From Trypanosoma brucei (lineage: Eukaryota), in assembly GCA_000002445.1 (NCBI GenBank), contig CM000208.1, forward strand, positions 3,744,001 through 3,808,000: a stretch of DNA of 64,000 bases, written 5' to 3'. Under the pieces are notes generated by a model. That model was not told the origin of the DNA and made no database searches. It worked only from the letters and a program-made list of their open reading frames with translations. Both the position numbers and the translations under genes were made by a program. This document shows, piece after piece, positions 42,501 through 51,206 of this stretch (position 1 is its first letter; the number at the start of each line of letters is the position of its first letter).

Positions 42501-45500
42501 TGCAATCACAGACATCGGCTAGACCTACATCCAATCACGAAGAGCTTTCGTCAGAAGCTAAACAACAGTTCCCTGTGGAGTCACCGAAGGAAGCAACTCC
42601 GCATGTAGCCTCTCGTGCGTCTACGAAATCGTCGTCACCTCATGAGGATCCTTCACGTGCATCATCGAAGAAATCATCGGATGGTTCAATGCAACAAGAT
42701 CTTCCGTGGTTGCAATCACAGACATCGGCTAGACCTACATCCAATCACGAAGAGCTTTCGTCAGAAGCTAAACAACAGTTCCCTGTGGAGTCACCGAAGG
42801 AAGCAACTCCGCGTGTAGCCTCTCGTGCGTCTACGAAATCGTCGTCACCTCATGAGGATCCTTCACGTGCATCATCGAAGAAATCATCGGATGGTTCAAT
42901 GCAACAAGATCTTCCGTGGTTGCAATCACAGACATCGGCTAGACCTACATCCAATCACGAAGAGCTTTCGTCAGAAGCTAAACAACAGTTCCCTGTGGAG
43001 TCACCGAAGGAAGCAACTCCGCATGTAGCCTCTCGTGCGTCTACGAAATCGTCGTCACCTCATGAGGATCCTTCACGTGCATCATCGAAGAAATCATCGG
43101 ATGGTTCAATGCAACAAGATCTTCCGTGGTTGCAATCACAGACATCGGCTAGACCTACATCCAATCACGAAGAGCTTTCGTCAGAAGCTAAACAACAGTT
43201 CCCTGTGGAGTCACCGAAGGAAGCAACTCCGCATGTAGCCTCTCGTGCGTCTACGAAATCGTCGTCACCTCATGAGGATCCTTCACGTGCATCATCGAAG
43301 AAATCATCGGATGGTTCAATGCAACAAGATCTTCCGTGGTTGCAATCACAGACATCGGCTAGACCTACATCTAATCACGAAGAGCTTTCGTCAGAAGCTA
43401 AACAACAGTTCCCTGTGGAGTCACCGAAGGAAGCAACTCCGCGTGTAGCCTCTCGTGCGTCTACGAAATCGTCGTCACCTCATGAGGATCCTTCACGTGC
43501 ATCATCGAAGAAATCATCGGATGGTTCAATGCAACAAGATCTTCCGTGGTTGCAATCACAGACATCGGCTAGACCTACATCCAATCACGAAGAGCTTTCG
43601 TCAGAAGCTAAACAACAGTTCCCTGTGGAGTCACCGAAGGAAGCAACTCCGCGTGTAGCCTCTCGTGCGTCTACGAAATCGTCGTCACCTCATGAGGATC
43701 CTTCACGTGCATCATCGAAGAAATCATCGGATGGTTCAATGCAACAAGATCTTCCGTGGTTGCAATCACAGACATCGGCTAGACCTACATCTAATCACGA
43801 AGAGCTTTCGTCAGAAGCTAAACAACAGTTCCCTGTGGAGTCACCGAAGGAAGCAACTCCGCATGTAGCCTCTCGTGCGTCTACGAAATCGTCGTCACCT
43901 CATGAGGATCCTTCACGTGCATCATCGAAGAAATCATCGGATGGTTCAATGCAACAAGATCTTCCGTGGTTGCAATCACAGACATCGGCTAGACCTACAT
44001 CTAATCACGAAGAGCTTTCGTCAGAAGCTAAACAACAGTTCCCTGTGGAGTCACCGAAGGAAGCAACTCCGCGTGTAGCCTCTCGTGCGTCTACGAAATC
44101 GTCGTCACCTCATGAGGATCCTTCACGTGCATCATCGAAGAAATCATCGGATGGTTCAATGCAACAAGATCTTCCGTGGTTGCAATCACAGACATCGGCT
44201 AGACCTACATCTAATCACGAAGAGCTTTCGTCAGAAGCTAAACAACAGTTCCCTGTGGAGTCACCGAAGGAAGCAACTCCGCATGTAGCCTCTCGTGCGT
44301 CTACGAAATCGTCGTCACCTCATGAGGATCCTTCACGTGCATCATCGAAGAAATCATCGGATGGTTCAATGCAACAAGATCTTCCGTGGTTGCAATCACA
44401 GACATCGGCTAGACCTACATCCAATCACGAAGAGCTTTCGTCAGAAGCTAAACAACAGTTCCCTGTGGAGTCACCGAAGGAAGCAACTCCGCGTGTAGCC
44501 TCTCGTGCGTCTACGAAATCGTCGTCACCTCATGAGGATCCTTCACGTGCATCATCGAAGAAATCATCCGATGGTTCAATGCAACAAGATCTTCCGTGGT
44601 TGCAATCACAGACATCGGCTAGACCTACATCTAATCACGAAGAGCTTTCGTCAGAAGCTAAACAACAGTTCCCTGTGGAGTCACCGAAGGAAGCAACTCC
44701 GCATGTAGCCTCTCGTGCGTCTACGAAATCGTCGTCACCTCATGAGGATCCTTCACGTGCATCATCGAAGAAATCATCGGATGGTTCAATGCAACAAGAT
44801 CTTCCGTGGTTGCAATCACAGACATCGGCTAGACCTACATCCAATCACGAAGAGCTTTCGTCAGAAGCTAAACAACAGTTCCCTGTGGAGTCACCGAAGG
44901 AAGCAACTCCGCGTGTAGCCTCTCGTGCGTCTACGAAATCGTCGTCACCTCATGAGGATCCTTCACGTGCATCATCGAAGAAATCATCGGATGGTTCAAT
45001 GCAACAAGATCTTCCGTGGTTGCAATCACAGACATCGGCTAGACCTACATCTAATCACGAATTGCTTTCGTCAGAAGCTAAACAACAGTTCCCTGTGGAG
45101 TCACCGAAGGAAGCAACTCCGCATGTAGCCTCTCGTGCGTCTACGAAATCGTCGTCACCTCATGAGGATCCTTCTCGTGTTGTTTGTGATGTGACCTCGC
45201 AGGAACTCTTGGAGCATGTTGTCTTGAATGATATTGATGAATCTCCTCTTCATATTTCCTGTGCTGCCGGATTTCGCTCGTTCGATTTCGGATCTTCTGT
45301 ATCTGGGAGTAAGGTAAGTCCTGCGACTTTGAGGGATTATGCTGCACGGTGTCATATGGTACGAATAGAAAACAATCTGAGCAAGGAGGATATTCGTCTA
45401 GTTTCTCATTCAACCGCCAATGATAGGGAATCTAAAATGTTAAGCACCGGTGATAGCAGTGGTGTCCTACATTCATCGAAAGTTATGCTGGTCGAAGTGC

Positions 45501-48500
45501 TGGCATCGGAAAATCCTCCTCTGCTGTCCGAAATGTCTTTAAGTAATGTAGAATGTGTAAGCGCAGAAATAAATACAGATCCTTCATCCGCTTCCACTAC
45601 CCACACGAAAGAACCGAAACAAGAACCTTCACGACCCTTAAAAAAGCAAGCGGAATCGCCAGATGAAATATCTCAAGAGCCAACTAAGGAATCTGAAAAG
45701 CAGGAGGAATCACGCCCATCATCTGCAACACGAGATGAATCATCTCAAATTTCAACTAAGGAATCAGAAAAGCAGAAGGAATCACGCGTATATTCGGAAT
45801 CGCCAGATGAAATATCTCAAGAGCCAACTAAGGAATCAGAGAAGCAGGAGGAATCACGCGTATATTCGGAATCGCCAGATGAAATATCTCAAGAGCCAAC
45901 TAAGGAATCAGAGAAGCAGGAGGAATCACGCGTATATTCGGAATCGCCAGATGAAATATCTCAAGAGCCAACTAAGGAATCTGAAAAGCAGGAGGAATCA
46001 CGCCCATCATCTGCAACACGAGATGAATCATCTCAAATTTCAACTAAGGAATCTGAAAAGCAGGAGGAATCACGCCCATCATCTGCAACACGAGATGAAT
46101 CATCTCAAATTTCAACTAAGGAATCTGAAAAGCAGGAGGAATCACGCCCATCATCTGCAACACGAGATGAATCATCTCAAATTTCAACTAAGGAATCTGA
46201 AAAGCAGGAGGAATCACGCGTATATTCGGAATCGCCAGATGAAATATCTCAAGAGCCAACTAAGGAATCTGAAAAGCAGGAGGAATCACGCCCATCATCT
46301 GCAACACGAGATGAATCATCTCAAATTTCTAAGGAATCTGAAAAGCAGGAGGAATCACGCGTATATTCGGAATCGCCAGATGAAATATCTCAAGAGCCAA
46401 CTAAGGAATCTGAAAAGCAGGAGGAATCACGCGTATATTCGGAATCGCCAGATGAAATATCTCAAATGTCAACTAAGGAATCAGAGAAGCAGGAGGAATC
46501 ACGCGTATATTCGGAATCGCCAGATGAAATATCTCAAATGTCAACTAAGGAATCAGAGAAGCAGGAGGAATCACGCGTATATTCGGAATCGCCAGATGAA
46601 ATATCTCAAGAGCCAACTAAGGAATCAGAGAAGCAGGAGGAATCACGCGTATATTCGGAATCGCCAGATGAAATATCTCAAGAGCCAACTAAGGAATCTG
46701 AAAAGCAGGAGGAATCACGCGTATATTCGGAATCGCCAGATGAAATATCTCAAGAGCCAACTAAGGAATCAGAGAAGCAGGAGGAATCACGCGTATATTC
46801 GGAATCGCCAGATGAAATATCTCAAGAGCCAACTAAGGAATCTGAAAAGCAGGAGGAATCACGCGTATATTCGGAATCGCCAGATGAAATATCTCAAGAG
46901 CCAACTAAGGAATCTGAAAAGCAGGAGGAATCACGCCCATCATCTGCAACACGAGATGAATCATCTCAAGAGCCAACTAAGGAATCAGAGAAGCAGGAGG
47001 AATCACGCCCATCATCTGCAACACGAGATGAATCATCTCAAATTTCAACTAAGGAATCTGAAAAGCAGGAGGAATCACGCGTATATTCGGAATCGCCAGA
47101 TGAATCATCTCAAATTTCAACTAAGGAATCTGAAAAGCAGGAGGAATCACGCCCATCATCTGCAACACGAGATGAATCATCTCAAATGTCAACTAAGGAA
47201 TCTGAAAAGCAGGAGGAATCACGCCCATCATCTCAAATGTCAAGTAAGGAATCTGAAAAGCAGAAGGAAAAGGCGGTTTCATCCTCGATGTCTAGTGCCT
47301 CTTCACTGTCTTCGGAACCTAGGAATAGATATTCAGGCAAGCTGTCTTCGAGTCGTAAATCCATTTCTTCGGTGGGGCGGAGGAACGGAGAGCATTTTTC
47401 TTCGTCAAGGGATGGAAGCGGTGAAGGCACGTCGAGTAGTAATGAGTCTTTGACATCTTTAGAAGGTGAAGAAGGCTCTGAGGAAGATTCGTCGACGTCT
47501 TTCTCCACCCGTTCTAGTGGCTCTGGCGGTAGTAGAAAAAGAAAGATTGGTAGTGGAAAGGTTGTTGAATCTGTTTATCGCTCAACTAGTGGTGTGTCAA
47601 CAGCACTAACAATAGGGACCAAAGATGGACTTAAGGTACGGAAGCAGAACAAGGGTGAAGAATGTGCGGATGAAATGAGCAACAAAGCGATGACGAAGGA
47701 TTCTTGTGCCGGATGTTTTCCCCATCCTTTGTTACCCAAAGTCACAGGAACGAATAAGGAGTACGGGAATGGCGAGGCCGGTAGCGGTCCTTGCGTATGG
47801 AAAACCGCTAATGCTAGTCTGTACCGTGGTCCATTGAGGGCAGGAAACAAATCGCTCGGTAGCAGACACTACTCGCCGCGAACGGTGTATCTGGGGAAGC
47901 CTGAGGCCAGGGCGAGAGCCGGGGCATTTGGTCTCTCCGCCGCAGGGAGGTTGCGTAAGGCTTACAAGTCGCCCTCAGCACCCTCAGGTGAAGAGCAGAA
48001 CCGCAGCGGAGGGACTTCCCCCACATCATTAAGGAGAAATATCGCAAGGGTAAAAAGTGAGCTTATGAGAGTTCGTCAAAACATAAAGGCACTTATTCGA
48101 AAAAGAACCCCTAGGCGCGCGCTTAAGAGGTCTGAACAAAACTTGAAGTACGTGGATGTGGAGTCTCTACGGCGAGAGCACGAGCACCTGCTGCAGCTTG
48201 TTCAAATTTGGGAAACAGGAGAAATAAATATCGACCTGCTTGTGGATAGTGCCAATAGGGAGCTGCGACGCGCAAAAGAAAAGCTTGCCGAGGCCAAAGA
48301 GCGGAGGCGTAGGGTTGCATCCGAAAGGCGGCACGCATCACTGGTGATTTCACGGATGGTGAAGGAACGAACAGCGGATGATGATGATAAAAGCAATCGG
48401 CAGCGAAAGGAGGGCATGTATGCTCGCCTTACACTTCAAGGTAAGGTGGATGAACTACTTGAAAAAATCAGCACAGCGCGCGGCACCTCGTCAAAACTTA

Positions 48501-49870
48501 GTGATAAGATTAAGTCACTTGAGAGTCACATGAGGCAGGAAAAATTAACGGATATGAAACCTGAGGAATATCGTGAGTTGCAAAAGATGGTTGAAGGTAA
48601 TCGAAAACTTATTCATAGACTCAATACTGCCATCATAATTGCTGGGGGTTCTCAGGTACCCTTGACAGTTACGGCTGAAATGAACAATGACGAAGACTTG
48701 AGTGGTGTCAAGTTCCCGGGAAAGGCGAAGCTTGATGCTGAGGCGGAGAAACTAGCGAGTAGGGTAAGTCGAATGGACGCGCGAATCGCGGAACTTGTAG
48801 AAAAGGTTAGCGTGTTGTTCCCCAACGATCCAAAGATTCGGAGACGTAGTATAAGCAACATGGAGGGGGTAGGTGGGCGGATGGTGAGCTACGAGCATTC
48901 GTCAAGCCCTGATGGCAGTCGGCATTTTGCGGCAGGTCAGTCCCCGTCGAAGGCATTCCTTGGGGCACCAGGTGCTTCTATCCGAAGGTCGAGGCTGCCG
49001 ATGCTAAGCGATGCCACAGGATCCTCGAACCCCCTCAACACGTGGCATTCATCCGATTCGTGGAGCCCTGGGAGGGATGCCACCGGACGGCAGGGGTCTC
49101 CCAAGAAAGGGAAAGGATTGGGGGGAGCGGATCGGACCCTACTGCCATCTGTAAGGAAGGTGCCACCAACGTTCATTACATCCTACAAGAATGAGAGCAC
49201 GACGTCAACCGTTGAAGAAAGCACGCATAGTCGAACCGCGGTGAAGAACATTCCACAGGACAATGGAGCAAAATCAGGCTCGAAGGATGCAGCGAAGGAG
49301 CGCAAGCCCGAAAAAGAAACAGAAAGGGAGGTCAAATCAGCCGTTGGTAACGGTGGATCGGAAATCCATAATTGCGAAGCTCCCGGCTCCGTCGCCAGCA
49401 GTTCAGGTGAAGCGGACGAAAGCCGTACCCTAAGTACCGGTAGTATGGATAAGAGCTCCAACAGCAACATTCATACCACACCAAACCAAAAGGGTCACAA
49501 GCCTGCGAAACAGGAAGCGGATGAACCTTCGGAACGGTACACGACACCGCTTTCCGAGCAGTCGACCGGGCGGTCACAACAGTACACCAGCCCCTCATCG
49601 CAACTGTCGTCGGCGACATCTCCATCCTCAGTGGAGCAAGCAAGACCGTCGGCGCGATCGTCATCAGCTTTGTCAGGAGCCTCCGAGCGGTCGTCTGCCT
49701 CTTCTCCACTATCCACTTCAATCCGCAAGGAGGACGGTCGCATGTCCAACCAGGAAGAGGAACGGGCTCCTGACAAATCGCCATCGGCAGGTGATGACGT
49801 CTCGACAATACCAGACGAGGTGGTTGAGGGGGAAGACTCCGGAAGGGAAACACCCGTCTGGTTACGATAA
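39512..49870 (+). CDS. Giant repetitive protein (3452 aa). It carries about 26 near-identical 70-aa repeats, then about 22 24-aa acidic repeats, then a coiled-coil and Ser-rich C-terminal region. It looks like a repetitive antigen or cytoskeleton-associated protein
   Basis: 10.4-kb ORF. It contains a 210-bp tandem array at 39769-45174 and a 72-bp tandem array at 45653-47270. The C-terminal segment around 48000-48800 is heptad-like (KALIRKRTPRRALKRSEQNLKYVDVESLRREHEHLLQL...). Confidence 0.75.
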   Translation: MADSIDYENDFEEIVLCDVTPAETQSTTNSEQSPGPEKKENEETPCTPTKIKKESNSTTISNKSGTTPTKEYINNNTKQSTNASPFLESQTSARLTSNHEELSSEAKQQFPVESPKEATPRVASRASTKSSSPHEDPSRASSKKSSDGSMQQDLPWLQSQTSARPTSNHEELSSEAKQQFPVESPKEATPRVASRASTKSSSPHEDPSRASSKKSSDGSMQQDLPWLQSQTSARPTSNHEELSSEAKQQFPVESPKEATPHVASRASTKSSSPHEDPSRASSKKSSDGSMQQDLPWLQSQTSARPTSNHEELSSEAKQQFPVESPKEATPHVASRASTKSSSPHEDPSRASSKKSSDGSMQQDLPWLQSQTSARPTSNHEELSSEAKQQFPVESPKEATPHVASRASTKSSSPHEDPSRASSKKSSDGSMQQDLPWLQSQTSARPTSNHEELSSEAKQQFPVESPKEATPRVASRASTKSSSPHEDPSRASSKKSSDGSMQQDLPWLQSQTSARPTSNHEELSSEAKQQFPVESPKEATPRVASRASTKSSSPHEDPSRASSKKSSDGSMQQDLPWLQSQTSARPTSNHEELSSEAKQQFPVESPKEATPHVASRASTKSSSPHEGPSRASSKKSSDGSMQQDLPWLQSQTSARPTSNHEELSSEAKQQFPVESPKEATPHVASRASTKSSSPHEDPSRASSKKSSDGSMQQDLPWLQSQTSARPTSNHEELSSEAKQQFPVESPKEATPHVASRASTKSSSPHEDPSRASSKKSSDGSMQQDLPWLQSQTSARPTSNHEELSSEAKQQFPVESPKEATPRVASRASTKSSSPHEDPSRASSKKSSDGSMQQDLPWLQSQTSARPTSNHEELSSEAKQQFPVESPKEATPHVASRASTKSSSPHEDPSRASSKKSSDGSMQQDLPWLQSQTSARPTSNHEELSSEAKQQFPVESPKEATPHVASRASTKSSSPHEDPSRASSKKSSDGSMQQDLPWLQSQTSARPTSNHEELSSEAKQQFPVESPKEATPHVASRASTKSSSPHEDPSRASSKKSSDGSMQQDLPWLQSQTSARPTSNHEELSSEAKQQFPVESPKEATPRVASRASTKSSSPHEDPSRASSKKSSDGSMQQDLPWLQSQTSARPTSNHEELSSEAKQQFPVESPKEATPHVASRASTKSSSPHEDPSRASSKKSSDGSMQQDLPWLQSQTSARPTSNHEELSSEAKQQFPVESPKEATPHVASRASTKSSSPHEDPSRASSKKSSDGSMQQDLPWLQSQTSARPTSNHEELSSEAKQQFPVESPKEATPRVASRASTKSSSPHEDPSRASSKKSSDGSMQQDLPWLQSQTSARPTSNHEELSSEAKQQFPVESPKEATPRVASRASTKSSSPHEDPSRASSKKSSDGSMQQDLPWLQSQTSARPTSNHEELSSEAKQQFPVESPKEATPHVASRASTKSSSPHEDPSRASSKKSSDGSMQQDLPWLQSQTSARPTSNHEELSSEAKQQFPVESPKEATPRVASRASTKSSSPHEDPSRASSKKSSDGSMQQDLPWLQSQTSARPTSNHEELSSEAKQQFPVESPKEATPHVASRASTKSSSPHEDPSRASSKKSSDGSMQQDLPWLQSQTSARPTSNHEELSSEAKQQFPVESPKEATPRVASRASTKSSSPHEDPSRASSKKSSDGSMQQDLPWLQSQTSARPTSNHEELSSEAKQQFPVESPKEATPHVASRASTKSSSPHEDPSRASSKKSSDGSMQQDLPWLQSQTSARPTSNHEELSSEAKQQFPVESPKEATPRVASRASTKSSSPHEDPSRASSKKSSDGSMQQDLPWLQSQTSARPTSNHELLSSEAKQQFPVESPKEATPHVASRASTKSSSPHEDPSRVVCDVTSQELLEHVVLNDIDESPLHISCAAGFRSFDFGSSVSGSKVSPATLRDYAARCHMVRIENNLSKEDIRLVSHSTANDRESKMLSTGDSSGVLHSSKVMLVEVLASENPPLLSEMSLSNVECVSAEINTDPSSASTTHTKEPKQEPSRPLKKQAESPDEISQEPTKESEKQEESRPSSATRDESSQISTKESEKQKESRVYSESPDEISQEPTKESEKQEESRVYSESPDEISQEPTKESEKQEESRVYSESPDEISQEPTKESEKQEESRPSSATRDESSQISTKESEKQEESRPSSATRDESSQISTKESEKQEESRPSSATRDESSQISTKESEKQEESRVYSESPDEISQEPTKESEKQEESRPSSATRDESSQISKESEKQEESRVYSESPDEISQEPTKESEKQEESRVYSESPDEISQMSTKESEKQEESRVYSESPDEISQMSTKESEKQEESRVYSESPDEISQEPTKESEKQEESRVYSESPDEISQEPTKESEKQEESRVYSESPDEISQEPTKESEKQEESRVYSESPDEISQEPTKESEKQEESRVYSESPDEISQEPTKESEKQEESRPSSATRDESSQEPTKESEKQEESRPSSATRDESSQISTKESEKQEESRVYSESPDESSQISTKESEKQEESRPSSATRDESSQMSTKESEKQEESRPSSQMSSKESEKQKEKAVSSSMSSASSLSSEPRNRYSGKLSSSRKSISSVGRRNGEHFSSSRDGSGEGTSSSNESLTSLEGEEGSEEDSSTSFSTRSSGSGGSRKRKIGSGKVVESVYRSTSGVSTALTIGTKDGLKVRKQNKGEECADEMSNKAMTKDSCAGCFPHPLLPKVTGTNKEYGNGEAGSGPCVWKTANASLYRGPLRAGNKSLGSRHYSPRTVYLGKPEARARAGAFGLSAAGRLRKAYKSPSAPSGEEQNRSGGTSPTSLRRNIARVKSELMRVRQNIKALIRKRTPRRALKRSEQNLKYVDVESLRREHEHLLQLVQIWETGEINIDLLVDSANRELRRAKEKLAEAKERRRRVASERRHASLVISRMVKERTADDDDKSNRQRKEGMYARLTLQGKVDELLEKISTARGTSSKLSDKIKSLESHMRQEKLTDMKPEEYRELQKMVEGNRKLIHRLNTAIIIAGGSQVPLTVTAEMNNDEDLSGVKFPGKAKLDAEAEKLASRVSRMDARIAELVEKVSVLFPNDPKIRRRSISNMEGVGGRMVSYEHSSSPDGSRHFAAGQSPSKAFLGAPGASIRRSRLPMLSDATGSSNPLNTWHSSDSWSPGRDATGRQGSPKKGKGLGGADRTLLPSVRKVPPTFITSYKNESTTSTVEESTHSRTAVKNIPQDNGAKSGSKDAAKERKPEKETEREVKSAVGNGGSEIHNCEAPGSVASSSGEADESRTLSTGSMDKSSNSNIHTTPNQKGHKPAKQEADEPSERYTTPLSEQSTGRSQQYTSPSSQLSSATSPSSVEQARPSARSSSALSGASERSSASSPLSTSIRKEDGRMSNQEEERAPDKSPSAGDDVSTIPDEVVEGEDSGRETPVWLR
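39769..45174 (+). repeat. 210-bp coding tandem repeat, about 25.7 copies, more than 98% identical between copies
   Basis: Period of 210 bp seen directly. ORF-track entries recur every 210 bp from 39885 to 45128. Only about five variable sites exist, mainly the cgt/cat (R/H) toggle and synonymous tcc/tct and tcg/tcc changes. Confidence 0.95.
45653..47270 (+). repeat. 72-bp coding tandem repeat, about 22 copies, of two interleaved unit types
   Basis: The string atcacgcg recurs at 45781 and 45853, giving a 72-bp period. The two 24-aa unit types are ESRVYSESPDEISQEPTKESEKQE and ESRPSSATRDESSQISTKESEKQE. Chimeric units occur, and one 69-bp unit has a 3-bp deletion at about 46321-46335. Confidence 0.95.
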
Positions 49871-50820
49871 TAACATATGGGTGGCCGGTCTAATGAGGGG
49901 GGGGGAAGACGGGCTTGGGGTTGCCATGTCATGTCAAAATAGAAAATGCGAGTGCCCCATGTGGCAACTCAGGAGGACGTGACTCGTCACACGTTTCGTG
50001 TCAGAGGTAGCTTCAGTTCGTTTCGCTCCCATAACCCTCTTTCACCTCCATTGTGCGTGTGTGTGGATGTCACTCTCTTTCTTTTAGTGTGCATTACTAC
50101 CTCCTGTAGCAGGTTGGTGGAACTAGTGGGGTAGAGGGGAATACCGGACCTTTGTTGTGCATATGCTGCGGATCTTGTATCCGCTTTTGAGCTGTACTTG
50201 TTTTGTAAGTTCAATTTCACTCTCCAACGGCGCCTCTCTTCTACCTTTCACCTTTCTGTGCCATTCAAGGTGCTTCAACAAGGGAAGAGCGTGCGATGTT
50301 GATTGCTGCACCCGCGGAACCCGTAGGGTGAAAAAGAGAGAGAGCGACCTGTCCATGGCGGCTTAAGGTACAGTCACACCAGACTTTCAGCAGTGTTCAG
50401 CGCATCTCAAAAGCGGTGCTAAGTTACTGTCGAGTGGGGTTGTGCCTCTTCCCTTATAGCGGTTGATGCTTGGCATACCAGTTTCGTGTAGGCGTGTTTT
50501 CTGGCCGAGGTTAATTGGGTAAAACTGGAGGGTCATGCACTGCGAGGGAGGGAAAATGAAGTAAAGGTAAGAGTATATACAGTTACCTGACCTGGTGTGA
50601 GATGCCTATATAACGCAGACACTATGTCATGAGCAAGGGTCTACAGAACCTTAGTTAACGGTGAAATCGCTGCTGTTTGCGATGCGGTGATTCTACCGTC
50701 GTTTTTTTGGTGTTACATTTTGGGGGAGAGGAAGAGGAAGAAAGAAATCGCGTTTCGCCCAACGTATGAAGGCAACCTTGTTTAAGTATTTCATTGTTCT
50801 TCAAGGTTACCTAAAGTATC

Positions 50821-50848
50821 CTTCCCATTTTTTTTTTTTCACATCCCT
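50821..50848 (+). promoter_or_regulatory. Polypyrimidine tract in the intergenic region upstream of the mitochondrial carrier gene
   Basis: cttcccatttttttttttttcacatccctt followed by AG. It lies about 360 nt upstream of the ATG at 51207. Confidence 0.4.
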
Positions 50849-51206
50849 TAGGCAACAAGATAAAGCAAAAAAAAAGGGGGGTCGGTGTTGTTACGTGGAC
50901 ATTCATAGTTTGGAACATAAGGTGTGGAAGCGGCTGAGGGTCCTTTCCGCACCCAGTCGGTGCTATTTGTCCCGCTTGAGGCTTCTGCCGCCATCGCTAT
51001 CCGAAAGCAGTGCCCCATTGCTGGGGACGATACTTAACAAAAGAATTTTTTAAAAGAAAAAAAAGGCTCCCGCACGAGGAAGCCAATAGAGCATCTGTCC
51101 GAGAAGCGCGGATATTAGGAAGAAAGATAAGGAGAAAATTCTGCAGGGACATAACAAGTACACACACCCATAATATTATTATTCGTAATATTCTGATATT
51201 TTCTTC

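Noticed and set aside
39769-47270. CRISPR-like regular spacing of direct repeats
   Set aside because: The repeats are contiguous with no unique spacers. They are 57-210 bp long and lie in frame within large eukaryotic ORFs. They are protein-coding tandem repeats, not a CRISPR array.
45663-47453. 596-aa alternate-frame ORF (MKYLKSQLRNLKSRRNHAHH...) across the 72-bp repeat array
   Set aside because: Same artefact. It is the +1 frame of the repeat array, it is compositionally absurd (R/N/H/K repeats), and it ends as soon as the repeats end.
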